Assembly (NCBI GenBank): GCA_945861415.1
Contig: CAMAUV010000001.1
Span: 45,389-109,388 of the forward strand
DNA from: Akkermansia muciniphila
GTDB taxonomy: Bacteria; Verrucomicrobiota; Verrucomicrobiia; Verrucomicrobiales; V1-33
Reading direction: 5' to 3'
Length of the DNA: 64,000 nt
Below the pieces are notes generated by a model. That model was given only the letters and a program-made list of their open reading frames with translations, was not told the origin of the DNA and did not search any database. Every line of letters starts with the position of its first letter. Within the stretch, counting starts at the first letter, position 1. This document shows positions 46,401 through 55,300 of this stretch, piece by piece. A program made the translations under genes and the position numbers.

Positions 46401-46741
46401 ACACCCTCAAGAGCGGCGAACTCGTCGAAGTTGAACTCACCCTCGAAAGCAAAAACGACTACGAATACCTGCTCTTCGAAGACATGAAACCCGCCGGCTT
46501 CGAACCCGACGACGTCCGCAGCGGCTACACTTGGGAAGGCCTCGGCGCCTACCGCGAATTCCGCGACAACCGCGTCGGCTTCTTCGTGCGCGCCCTGCCC
46601 CTGGGGAAACACAACCTCAGCTACCGCCTCCGCGCCGAGATCCCAGGCAAGTTCTCAGCCCTCCCCGCCAAGGGCAACGGAATGTATGCCCCGGAGCTGC
46701 GAGCGAACAGCGACGAGATGAAGATCGGGGTGGAGGATTGA
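40499..46741 (+). CDS. alpha-2-macroglobulin family protein (2080 aa) with a thioester motif and a long N-terminal helical extension
   Basis: A signal peptide precedes MG-domain-like beta-rich repeats. The IRSDFADSAFW block is present. The thioester motif CTEQ is encoded at 45107-45118 in YPYDCTEQTLNRF. The C-terminal receptor-binding-like region is ...EDMKPAGFEP... Confidence 0.9.
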   Translation: MNTRYLLLLLSFFAALMPMKSDAATLEERRAAGDKAMTDGNWSDALKVWRETLLLPEHVGENLASDLSKAVQCVQQLNKWELWDAVVEDTVKAHAQDWRLLQAAAVHFQSTQSGGTIISGEFQRGQQAGGKLVSSEDRDRVRSLQLFEQAVKSVETADEKPEVKAGFYAQVVQSIIQRAGWELQALTDLTKLPDYEENQHGQFGRGRWRGHHSYGGDRGAPVDEKGEPVFYKAPESWATAKSDGERFRWLLVQQAKQGAKHLLQADITFARWLRGQFDVQTIAQYWRAPENEDNARQDGILTLHTLKETETIARLATGVKRFTLADEFNFIFIIERVFKSDPGLGLANDVVEEFADLFRNRRQYDRAAAIYVEALERLSQHADVNVKESWQAQLNQIVKNWARFDGSSTQLPGTGAKLGFVFRNGTQVSLVARKVKFAELLVDVKAYLKSNPENLDWEKVNIGNIGYQIVEKNMAKYLGASVAQWELDLEPRKAHWDRRIDITTPLQTAGAYFVEAALKDGNKVGCIVWITDTAIVSKQGTDEQQYFVVDAKTGAPVAKANMEFFGYYQQQLDNKQRAGKRYANIITRNFAEFTDASGQLFAGTKLLKDIQNNHQWLITATTPEGRFAHLGFQGVWFSGRQQQEWAQRKIHLITDRPVYRPGQEVKWKAWARLAKYDSPEDKSEFAKQTFTARIYNPKNEKVFEKEYTSDQWGGLADALKLEDGATLGVYRLEFNGPEDFIQQGSFRVEEYKKPEFEVKVDAPTDPVMLGEKVTAKMTATYYFGAPVVNAKVKYKVQRSAHTARWYPKRAWDWFYGPGYWWFGYDYDWYPGFRVWGCLAPTWWWWPQRNDPPELVMESEGAIGPDGKLEIAIDTSLAKELHGDEDHRYEISVEVTDESRRTILGSGQVLVARRPFSVNTWADRGHYEIGNPIEIGVRAMTLDQKGVKGMGRASLLKLSYNEKGEPQEKEVIGKDITTNDDGMATVKFSATESGQYRLSAKVKDAKGREQEGGVLFVIRGGANDGRDYRFAQIELVPEKAEYAPGEEVKLLINTERADSHVFLYIKPSAGIAPRPQLIKVAGKSSTQKITVALGDMPNFFFEAFTVCDGKVHSAMREIAVPPARRVLNMEVLANAERYRPRDKAKVKIKLTDTNGKAFIGSTVVTVYDKSLEYISGGSNVPKIADYFWKWRRQHNQSSQSNLGAGFGSLNIPSDKPGWQALGMFGDMVQDMGEPFAFGDGRGGGVGRSKEYSGGLGREPRSAMKLMLADAPMATAAAAPAPMAEKAEADPLQANQAVSLGAPSEGGGSAQPVMIRSDFADSAFWTQSLETNSDGLAEIEVPLPDNLTTWKIKAWAMGHGTKVGEAEAEIITSKDLIIRLQAPRFFVEKDEVTLSANVHNYLDGKKEVKVSLELEGACLEPLAAQELTKTISLESKKEQRVDWRVKAAKEGTAVVRMKAITDSDSDAMEMKFPVHVHGMLKTESWSTAIRPDDEEAKIAFTVPNERRPDQSRLEVRYSPSLATAMVDALPYLVDYPYDCTEQTLNRFVPAVIARKVLIDMGVDLAAVKEKRTNLNAQEIGDPQKRAAQWKELRWSDKNPVFDDAEHKMIVKVGLERITSMQNRDGGWGWFSGDREYSYPHTTAVVVHGLQVAKAADLAIVPGVLENGVAWLSGYEAKEVSRIQRWREKDTPADSKKQADNTDALVRMILADAGVKNDTMTDFLYRDRNDLSVYAKCVFGLALDTEKNTEKRDMLLQNIEQFLVKDDENQTARLDLRNGGYWWWWYGSEIEAHAFYLKLLARVKPKSAEASGLVKFLLNNRKNSTWWNSTRDTAYCIEAMADYIAATGENTPDMTVAILVDGQEKKSVKITKDNLFSFDGTLLMEGTAVTAGKHEITIRRTGGGPVYANVYSTNFTLEDRITKAGLEVKVDRAYFKLVERKDATALVSGARGQAIDQKVLKYDRVPIKDGDTLKSGELVEVELTLESKNDYEYLLFEDMKPAGFEPDDVRSGYTWEGLGAYREFRDNRVGFFVRALPLGKHNLSYRLRAEIPGKFSALPAKGNGMYAPELRANSDEMKIGVED

Positions 46742-46861
46742 GACGGCGACGACCTAATTTTTCTGCGTAGGCCATCACCGAAGACATCCGCTGGGAAGGC
46801 AGGGCAGCGCCACGAATGTTTAATGAATCCATGTTGCCTCTGGAGTCGTTAAAATTTTTCT

Positions 46862-47467
46862 ATGAATGTCGCTTCCATCCACCAGTCAGTTCTCGCCACC
46901 TTTGCTTTGGCGCTGAGTTGCTCAGTTGTCGGAGGATCGGTTGACGATTCAGTAGCGACTTTGGGGCAGTCGATCACGGAGTTTGATGGCAAGGACGGAC
47001 TGAAATGGAAGGTCGTAAATGACGGAGTGATGGGCGGACTTTCGGAGGGTAAACTTACGCCGGATGGTGGAGGCACGATGAGATTTAGCGGCGTAATATC
47101 TCTCGAGAACAACGGTGGGTTTTCGTCTTTTCGCAGCGGCGATATGAAGCTGGACCTCAGCGGCGCCGCCGGACTTCTACTGCGCGTGAGAGGTGACGGC
47201 CGGACCTATCAGGCACGTCTGGCTACGGACGCTCGGTTTCGCGGGATGGAGGTATCCTTCTCCGCCGAGGTCGGCACGCGAAAAGGCGAGTGGATCGACG
47301 TGAAGGTTCCCTTCGCCGATTTCAAAGGAAGCTTCCGCGGCCTTGCCCTGCCCGACGAACGTCTTGATCCGTCCAAAGTCCGCCGAGTCAGCATTATGCT
47401 CGGTGACAAAAAACAGGGGCCCTTCGAGGTCGAGATTGATTACATCCGGACCAACCCAAAGAGCTGA
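46862..47467 (+). CDS. CIA30 (complex I intermediate-associated protein 30-like) domain protein, secreted
   Basis: WKVVNDGVMGGLSEG...FSGVISLENNGGFSSFRS matches the CIA30 family pattern. Confidence 0.75.
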   Translation: MNVASIHQSVLATFALALSCSVVGGSVDDSVATLGQSITEFDGKDGLKWKVVNDGVMGGLSEGKLTPDGGGTMRFSGVISLENNGGFSSFRSGDMKLDLSGAAGLLLRVRGDGRTYQARLATDARFRGMEVSFSAEVGTRKGEWIDVKVPFADFKGSFRGLALPDERLDPSKVRRVSIMLGDKKQGPFEVEIDYIRTNPKS

Positions 47468-47595
47468 TCCATGCGCTGTGCATGCCGGACTGGCTTGTCA
47501 TGTAGGCGGCGGCAATTATGGGCTTCCTGAAAAGTTCTGGCTAACGCACCGGCCATTCCGGAAAGTGGCATCTCACCATCACCTTCCCCCCACCT

Positions 47596-49290
47596 TTGCT
47601 CGGCTCGAATGGATTTGATTCCATAGATTCTTGCGGCAGTCTGCCTCATGTCTCTCCGCAAACCGATGCAGAACTTCTTCAGGCTTCTTGCCGCCCTTTT
47701 TTCGCGCCGTTGGCCGCTTTGTGTGCCGATGAGACCAGCATCGCCGGGAAATCGGACGTCATCGTTTATGGCTCCACACCCGGCGGGTTTTGCGCGGCCA
47801 TCGCTGCAGCGCGGGAAGGCGCTTCGGTCATTCTGGTGGAGCCGACGCAGCACATCGGCGGACTAAGCACTGGCGGTTTGAGCCATTGCGACTCTCACCA
47901 GATGCGGCGCGAGACGCTGATGGGACTCTTCGATGAATGGCATACGCGGATCGTCAAAGACTACACTGACCGGGGCCTGACCGCGCCCTACGATCCCAAG
48001 CTCAAGAACCAGGCGCTTTGGACCTTTGAGCCGCATGTCGCCATGCGTGTGACGCTGGGGATGCTTAAGGAGGCGGGCGTGGTGGTCCAAACCGGGAGGT
48101 ATTTGAAATCGGTCACCAAGGACGGTGCACGCATCACGTCGCTCGTCACCAAGGACGGTACTTTCCGTGCTAAGGTATTCGTAGATGGCACCTATGAGGG
48201 CGATCTCATGGCGGCGGCGGGCGTGGACTGGACCATCGGGCGCGAGGGCCGTGCGGAGTTCGGCGAATCCTATGCCGGGAAGCAGTATCCCAAAAAGAAG
48301 ATGGAGATCAGTGGCTTTGATGATGAGGGTAAACTATTGCCTCTCGTGACGACCAGCGATGCCGGACCCGACGACGCGGGCGACAAGAATATCATGACCA
48401 ACAGTTTCCGGCTCTGCCTCACGCGCGACCCTGCGAAGCTCGTGCCGATGCCTGCACCGGCGAAATACGACCCCGCTCGCTTCGAACTCGCGCGCCGTGC
48501 TTTTGCCGCGGGCATACGCGGCATTGGCCTCGATCTTTATCCGCTGCCCGGCGGCAAGCAGGATGGCAACAACTCCATCGGTGGGCAGATTTCGCTCGGT
48601 CTTGTCGGTGGCTGCAATACCTGGCACAGCGCAGGTGAAGAGGGGCGCGCAAAGATCTGGGAGGACCACAAACAATACACACTCGAGTTTCTCCACTTCC
48701 TCCGCACCGACCCCGCTGTGCCGGCACAGGTTCGCGATAAGTTTGCAGGCCTGGGGCTGTGCAAGGATGAGTTTCTGGAGACCGCCCACTTTCCCCCCGC
48801 GCTCTACGTGCGTGAGTCGCGGCGCATGAAGGGCCAGTATGTGATCTCACAAAAGGACATCCTCGACTCGCCGGAGAAAGACGACCCTATCGCCATCTCG
48901 TCGTTCCCGATTGATTCGCACGACTGCCAGCGCGTGGCGTTGAAAGAGGGCGGCGTCATCAATGAGGGCACTATTTTTCCCGTACGCTTCGCGAACCCCA
49001 AGGTCGGCTACGCTTACCACGTGCCCTACCGCTCGGTGCTGCCGCAGCCTGCGCAGTGCGGCAATCTGCTCGTGCCCATCGCTCTCTCCTGCACTCATGT
49101 TGCCATTTCATCGCTGCGCATCGAAGGAGCGTGGATGGCTATCGGCCAGGGCGCGGGTGTCGCGGCGGCGCTGGCGGCGAAACGGGACGTCTCCGTGCAG
49201 GAACTGCCGTATCCTGTCCTGCGCGAACGCCTCCTCGCCCAGAGACACGTTCTCAAGCTGCCACCCCCTCCCCCTAAGAAGACAGACTGA
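47596..49290 (+). CDS. FAD-dependent oxidoreductase (FAD_oxidored type); the N-terminal signal peptide is in another frame
   Basis: The dinucleotide loop is DVIVYGSTPGGFCAAIAAAREGASVILVEP..HIGGLSTGG. The track start is TTG with no signal peptide. MQNFFRLLAALF is encoded in the +1 frame upstream of the T6 run at 47697-47702. Confidence 0.75.
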   Translation: MLGSNGFDSIDSCGSLPHVSPQTDAELLQASCRPFFAPLAALCADETSIAGKSDVIVYGSTPGGFCAAIAAAREGASVILVEPTQHIGGLSTGGLSHCDSHQMRRETLMGLFDEWHTRIVKDYTDRGLTAPYDPKLKNQALWTFEPHVAMRVTLGMLKEAGVVVQTGRYLKSVTKDGARITSLVTKDGTFRAKVFVDGTYEGDLMAAAGVDWTIGREGRAEFGESYAGKQYPKKKMEISGFDDEGKLLPLVTTSDAGPDDAGDKNIMTNSFRLCLTRDPAKLVPMPAPAKYDPARFELARRAFAAGIRGIGLDLYPLPGGKQDGNNSIGGQISLGLVGGCNTWHSAGEEGRAKIWEDHKQYTLEFLHFLRTDPAVPAQVRDKFAGLGLCKDEFLETAHFPPALYVRESRRMKGQYVISQKDILDSPEKDDPIAISSFPIDSHDCQRVALKEGGVINEGTIFPVRFANPKVGYAYHVPYRSVLPQPAQCGNLLVPIALSCTHVAISSLRIEGAWMAIGQGAGVAAALAAKRDVSVQELPYPVLRERLLAQRHVLKLPPPPPKKTD

Positions 49291-49324
49291 AGCAGAACCG
49301 AATAGCAACGCAGTAACGCCCGGG

Positions 49325-50242
49325 TTATCCTCCAGACGTCATTTTGACCGGACGGATCAGTCCTTCCTGATCGTACTCGATTTTCTCCACGGCGATCTTT
49401 CTTCCACCCTGGAGCGGCGAGTTTTTCGACGACGTCTCCCAACGGTGATAAACGATGAACCACTCTCCAGTGTTCGGTTTCTCGACGAAGGAGTGATGGC
49501 CAGGCCCCTGGCGGGTGGCATCGCTTTCCAGGATCTTGCCGCGGTATTCCCACGGGCCGACCGGAGTCGATGATGTCGCATAGTGGACGCAGTAACCTAG
49601 GTTGTTCCACCGCCCCTGGCTGTAGCTGAGGTAGTAGGTATCTCCCCGGCGGTGCATGAAGGGTGCCTCTGTGAAATGCGGCGGCTGGGTTACCGTCACC
49701 TCGCTTTTGAAGCTGATCATGTCCTCCGCCAGTTCAAACACGCGAAGTTTCGACCCTGCGCTGCCGCCGGCGTAGAGCCAGGCCTTGTCGCCTTCCGCGA
49801 ATACCATTGGATCGATCGCCTCGAAGCCATTGCCGCCCGTGAGCAGCGGCTTGCCGCTGTCGGTAAATGGGCCGGCTGGCGAGGTGCCGACCGCCACGCC
49901 GATCCGGCTGGGAGTGGGATTTTGCGGGCCGACTGAGTAGTAGAAGTAGAATCGGCCTTTCTTTTCCGTGATGGCTGGTGCCCACGCTCCGTGCCAGGGC
50001 GCGCCGTCAGCTTTCACCCATGGGACCTGATCGAGGTCGAGGATGGTGCCTTCGCGTTTCCACGTCCGCAGATCCGATGAGCGGTAGGCGGCGAAAATCG
50101 GCCGCCGGGTGTGCGCTTCGGTCGGGTAAATCCAGAAGTCCTTTCCCACCACGCAGATATGAGGGTCCGCACCGTCCATCACGGGGTTTGCGGAAAGCGG
50201 GCAGTTCAGAGCGAGTAAAGCGGCGATGCTGCGGCAGTTCAT
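49325..50242 (-). CDS. glycoside hydrolase family 43
   Basis: The ATG at 50242 gives a signal peptide followed by NPVMDGADPHI...WIYPT. Later blocks are WAPAI...GRFYFYYS and the EAP..H region. Confidence 0.8.
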   Translation of the reverse strand: MNCRSIAALLALNCPLSANPVMDGADPHICVVGKDFWIYPTEAHTRRPIFAAYRSSDLRTWKREGTILDLDQVPWVKADGAPWHGAWAPAITEKKGRFYFYYSVGPQNPTPSRIGVAVGTSPAGPFTDSGKPLLTGGNGFEAIDPMVFAEGDKAWLYAGGSAGSKLRVFELAEDMISFKSEVTVTQPPHFTEAPFMHRRGDTYYLSYSQGRWNNLGYCVHYATSSTPVGPWEYRGKILESDATRQGPGHHSFVEKPNTGEWFIVYHRWETSSKNSPLQGGRKIAVEKIEYDQEGLIRPVKMTSGG

Positions 50243-50394
50243 GTTCCTGTCGATACCTGACGCCTTGCCCCGGTCAAGAACCTTGGGCGTGCCGGAGCCC
50301 GCCACCACCAATTCTCCGGATAACCGCAGATGCGTCGCACTTGAACTTCGACATGGCAGTGTGCTCCATCGCATCCATCAAAGGCTCCGCACTC

Positions 50395-52287
50395 ATGAAA
50401 CTCTCTATCCTCTTCCTGATATTCGCTGCACTCCACCGCGCCGACGCAGCAAAACCCAACGTCATCTACATAATGGCAGACGAACTCGGTTACTACGAGC
50501 CGGGATTCATGGGCGGGAAGACTATCAAAACGCCGAACCTCGACCGCATGGCGAAGGAGGGCATCATTTTCCGCAATCTCTTCGCCGGCTCCTCGGTGTG
50601 CGCGCCGACGCGATGCTCCCTTCTCACCGGTAAACACAGCGGGCACATGTCCGTGCGCTCGAATGGCGGCGGCACGCCGTTGCGCGCGGACGAGACGACC
50701 ATCGCCTCAATGCTGAAGCCCCTGGGCTATGCGACGGGCGGCTATGGCAAATGGGGCTGCGGCGGGCGCGACTCGACGGGTGTGCCGGAGAAGCACGGGT
50801 TCGATGAATTCCTCGGCTATTACGACCAGGTTCACGCGCACACGTTTTTCCCGCCCTACCTCATCCGCAACAGTGAGGAGGTGCCGCTCGCGGGCAACAG
50901 CGGCGGCAGCGCCGGCAAGACCTACTCGCAATACGTCATCCACGACGCGGCGGTGAAGTTCATCCGCGCCAACAAGGACAAGTCGTTCTTCGCCTACCTG
51001 CCCTACACCCCGCCGCATGGCAATTTCGACATTCCCGACACCGATCCAGCATGGGAGTTTTACAAGGACGCGCCGTGGCCCGAACCCGCGCGCCGCTACG
51101 CCGCCATGGCCACGATGCTAGACCGCCAGGTCGGCGAAATCCTCGCGCTGCTGAAGGAACTCGGCCTCGATGAAAACACGCTCGTCTTCTTCAGCGGCGA
51201 CAATGGCGGCGCGAATTATTTCGCGTCGAAGGAATTTCCGCGTGGCGTTCACAGCGCGAACAAGCATCCGGAAACCAGCGTCGAGTATCGTGGCAGCAAG
51301 GGCAGCCTCTACGAAGGCGGCCTGCGCATCCCGTTCATCGCGCGCTGGCCGGGAAAAATCGCCCCGGGCCGTGTGACCGAGCACCTCGGCTACTTTCCTG
51401 ACATCCTGCCGACCATCGCCGAAGTCACGGGAGCCAAAACGCCTGCGGACGTTGATGGCATCAGCATTCTGCCAGAGCTGACCGGCGACAAAGAGGCGGG
51501 CCGCGCACAGAAGCAGCACGAGTTTTTGTATTGGGAAATCAATAACTCGATCGCGATCCGTCAGGACACCTGGCGCGCCGTGCGCCCCAAAGCCAACACG
51601 GCATGGGAACTCTACGACCTCGCAACAGATCCGGGCGAGTCGAAGGATCTCGCGAAGATGAATCCTGATGTGCTCGCAAAACTCACCGCCCTCGCGGAGA
51701 AAGCACACGAGCCGGTGCGCGAGGGTACTTTCTCCAGCACCGACCGCCACAAGCGCGACCAGCGCGCCAAATTTGGGAAGCAGGACGAAGCGGAGGCACC
51801 GAAGAGCAAGGCTAAGAGAAAGAAGAAGGCCGCCGCCGCGATGAAAGTCGAGGGACTGCTTGCGAATGCGGGTTGGAAAATCGTGCGCGCGAGCAGCGAG
51901 AACGTGGACAACCAGAAGTTCGCGGCCAATGCCATCGACGGCGACGTGGACACGCTGTGGCACACGAAGTTTGCGGGTGGAATCACGCCGCCGCCGCACG
52001 AACTGGTGATTGATCTCGGTGCGCAGCGCACCATCCGGGGGTTCGCCTACCTCGCGCGTCAGGACGAAGGATGGAACGGCGCGGTGAAGGACGCTGAGTT
52101 TTGCGTGAGTGATTCGCCGGACAAGTTCGGGCCACCTGTCGCGAAGAGTGCGCTCGCGAAAAGCAAGGAGCCGCAGAAGGTCGAGTGTCCGGCGTGCAAA
52201 GGCCGCTACGTCCTGCTCCGCGCTTTGTCCGCCCATACCGAGGGACAATACGCCACCGCCGCCGAGTTGGGCATCATAGGCGAATAA
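50395..52287 (+). CDS. formylglycine-type sulfatase with a C-terminal F5/8 type C (discoidin) domain
   Basis: The ATG at 50395 gives a signal peptide. Sulfatase motifs are PNVIYIMADELG and SVCAPTRCSLLTGKH. A Lys-rich linker precedes AIDGDVDTLWHTKF...PHELVIDLG... Confidence 0.9.
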   Translation: MKLSILFLIFAALHRADAAKPNVIYIMADELGYYEPGFMGGKTIKTPNLDRMAKEGIIFRNLFAGSSVCAPTRCSLLTGKHSGHMSVRSNGGGTPLRADETTIASMLKPLGYATGGYGKWGCGGRDSTGVPEKHGFDEFLGYYDQVHAHTFFPPYLIRNSEEVPLAGNSGGSAGKTYSQYVIHDAAVKFIRANKDKSFFAYLPYTPPHGNFDIPDTDPAWEFYKDAPWPEPARRYAAMATMLDRQVGEILALLKELGLDENTLVFFSGDNGGANYFASKEFPRGVHSANKHPETSVEYRGSKGSLYEGGLRIPFIARWPGKIAPGRVTEHLGYFPDILPTIAEVTGAKTPADVDGISILPELTGDKEAGRAQKQHEFLYWEINNSIAIRQDTWRAVRPKANTAWELYDLATDPGESKDLAKMNPDVLAKLTALAEKAHEPVREGTFSSTDRHKRDQRAKFGKQDEAEAPKSKAKRKKKAAAAMKVEGLLANAGWKIVRASSENVDNQKFAANAIDGDVDTLWHTKFAGGITPPPHELVIDLGAQRTIRGFAYLARQDEGWNGAVKDAEFCVSDSPDKFGPPVAKSALAKSKEPQKVECPACKGRYVLLRALSAHTEGQYATAAELGIIGE

Positions 52288-52300
52288 CTAGCTCTGTTTC

Positions 52301-55300
52301 ATGCCCGTGTTGATTCATCGCACACTTCCCTTCTTCCTGTTCGCAGCCACGGCCTCGTCGCGTGACGATGTGCCGAACTTCAGTCGCGACATCCTCCCGC
52401 TGATATCCGATAACTGCCTCGCCTGCCACGGCCCGGATGAGAGCCATCGCAAGGCGGACCTCCGGCTGGACACTCGCGAGGGAGCCACGGCGCTGAATGA
52501 CGGCGTCGCCGCCATTGTCCCCGGCAAGCCGCAGGAGAGTGAATTGCTCAAACGGCTCCTTTCTAACGACCCCGACGAGGTGATGCCGCCGCCGGAAGCT
52601 CACAAGAAAAAGCTCACCGCAGAGCAAATCGAATTGATCACCAGCTGGATCGAAGCCGGTGCGCCATGGGGAAAGCACTGGGCGTTTGAGAAGCCGCAAC
52701 GTGAAGCGCAACTGCCCGTCAGCGCCGACAATCCCATCGACGCCTTCGTCCTTGCCCGGCTCAAGGCGGAGAACCTTGCACCATCACCCGAGGCTCCGCG
52801 GCACACGCTGGCGCGGCGGGCAGCTTTCGATCTCACCGGGCTGCCGCCGGCGGCGGAAGTTCTGGCCGCTTTTGAAAAGGATGCCACTCCTGGTGCCTAC
52901 GTTCGTTATGTGGACCAGTTGCTGGCCTCTCCGCATTTTGGCGAGCGCATGGCCATGTGGTGGCTCGATGCTGCGCGCTATGCCGACACCGATGGTTTCC
53001 AGGCTGATTCGAACCGGACCAACTGGCCGTGGCGCGACTACGTGGTGGATGCGTTCAATACAAACAAACCGTTCGATCAATTCACGATCGAGCAGTTCGC
53101 CGGCGACCTGCTTCCCGACGCCACTCCCGAGCAGAAAGTGGCCACCTGCTTTCACCGCAATCACATGACGAACGGCGAAGGCGGGCGTGACCCGGAGGAA
53201 TCACGCGTGGACTATGTGATCGACCGGGTGAATACCACCGGTACGCTCTGGCTCGGGCTCACGCTCGGCTGCACGCAGTGCCACTCGCACAAGTTCGATC
53301 CCATCTCGCATAGCGACTACTACTCGCTGACCGCATTCTTTAACAGCATCGACGAGGATGGGAGAGCCGGGAACGACGCCAAGCCCTATCTCTCCTACAA
53401 GTCCCCGCTCGCCGCACGCGCTGTGCAGGAAGCGCAACTCCTGGTGAATGAACGCAAACCCCGCGAAGTCGCAGCGCGAAAAGCTGCAGAGACTCCGTTC
53501 GCCGGGTGGTTGGACGCGCGCTGGGCGGAAGTGCGCGAAGGATTCACCGCGTGGCATCCGGTGATCGTGTCCGAACTCGAATCAATCGAGGGCACGGAAC
53601 TCACGCAGACACCGGATGGCACCGTGCTCGCGGGTGGTCCAAATCCACGCCACGACGACTACCGCCTGGCCGCGCCGGTGAAGCTGCCGCGCATTACGGG
53701 TCTGAAACTCGAGGTTCTTCCGCACGCTTCAAACACCGGTGGCGCGCTCGCGCGGGGCAGCTCTGGCGAATTCATCCTCACCGACATCAAGGTGCAGGTC
53801 CGGCGCCGCGGCAGCTCGCAAATCCGGGACATCACGGTGTCGGGCGCGGTGGCCGATGCATCTGCAGAGCAGAAGGGCGCGCGCGATTATGGCGATATCA
53901 AAGGAGTGCTCGACGACGACCCGCGCAACGGATGGACGACAAAGGGTCTCGATCCAAAGAAGCCTTACAGCGCAGTTTTCGAGTTCGAGGAGCCTCTAGT
54001 GCTGGATGCGGATGAGGAACTCGTCTTTGAAATGCGCCAGCGCTCCACATCAGGCGACGCGAACATCGGCTGCTTCCGCGTGTCCGTGACCGACCAGGCG
54101 GGCGAAGCCGTGCGCAGTATCGAAGTCGCGCCGCTGGAGCGATTGGCGAATGCGAAGCTCTCGGATCTCTCTCAACTCGATGCGAAACTGTGTGCGAAGC
54201 TATTCGAGCAGTTCCTCGCCGACCATGAGCCCTATCAGATTGAGCGGTCCTCATGGGACCGGGCGACGCGCCAGTTGAATGAGGTAAAGAAGAGCGCCGG
54301 CGCATTGAACGTGATGGTGCTCGCCGGGCGCAAGGAGCCACGGGAAACGCATGTGCTCATTCGCGGAGTATGGGACAAGAAAGGGGAAAAGGTCGGACCC
54401 GGCGTGCCGCCCGCCGTGGCACCGTGGCCGGAAAACCAGGATAAGACGCGAGCCGGTCTGGCCCGCTGGCTCGTCTCGCGTGAGAACCCGCTCACCGCGC
54501 GCGTCATTGTAAATCACCTCTGGCAGATGTGCTTCGGCGCCGGACTGGTGCGAACGCCGGATGATTTCGGCCTGCAAGGGGAGCGACCCACGCACCCAGA
54601 GTTGCTCGACTGGCTCGCCGTCGAATTCATGGAGAGCGGCTGGGATGTGAAGCACATCCTGAAGCTCATCGTGACGAGTGCGACGTATCGGCAGTCGTCC
54701 TCCGTGACGCCGGCGATGCTTGCGCGCGACCCGGAGAACCGCCTGCTCGCGCGCGCTTCGCGATTCCGTCTGCCGAGCTGGATGCTGCGCGACGCCGCGC
54801 TCGCCAATGCCGGTCTGCTGAATCCCGCGCTCGGCGGTCCGCCTGTTAAGCCGTATCAGCCGGATGGGGTGTGGGAGGAAATGTTCATGGGCCGTTTCCG
54901 CTACGAGCCCAGCGAAGGCGCGGCGCAATACCGCCGCACGCTCTACGCCTTCTGGAGGCGGGCCATCGCCCCCACCTTCCTGTTCGACAACGCTCAGCGC
55001 CGCGTTTGTGAGGTCGGCAACGCCCGCACGAATACCCCGCTCCATGCGCTCACGCTGCTCAATGACGCCGGCTACCTCGAAGCCTCCCGCGCCCTAGCTG
55101 CACACTCTCTCCGCGCCACCGACCCGCTGCGGGAGATGACGCGCCGGGTGCTGGGCCGCGAGCCGACTGCGCAGGAGAGCACCGTGCTCCAGCGTGAAAG
55201 GGATCGCGCCCTCAGCCACTATCGTTCGCATCCCGATGATGCCGCAAAGTTCCTCGCCATTGGCCAGATGCCGCCCGATTCCACTCTGAACGCTGCGGAG

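Noticed and set aside
44402-46612. A 736-aa ORF on the minus strand, plus the Arg/Pro-rich + strand ORF 45376..46356, inside the A2M gene
   Set aside because: Both lie entirely within the strongly supported A2M reading frame. Their translations are low-complexity (runs of G/A/V/E/F or R/P) with no motifs. They are typical stop-poor shadow frames of GC-rich coding DNA.
47690-47706. A programmed -1 ribosomal frameshift at the T6 run in the FAD oxidoreductase leader
   Set aside because: The zero-frame codons (CTT TTT TCG) do not form a canonical X XXY YYZ heptamer, and I see no obvious downstream stimulatory hairpin. A homopolymer indel or sequencing error is the simpler explanation.
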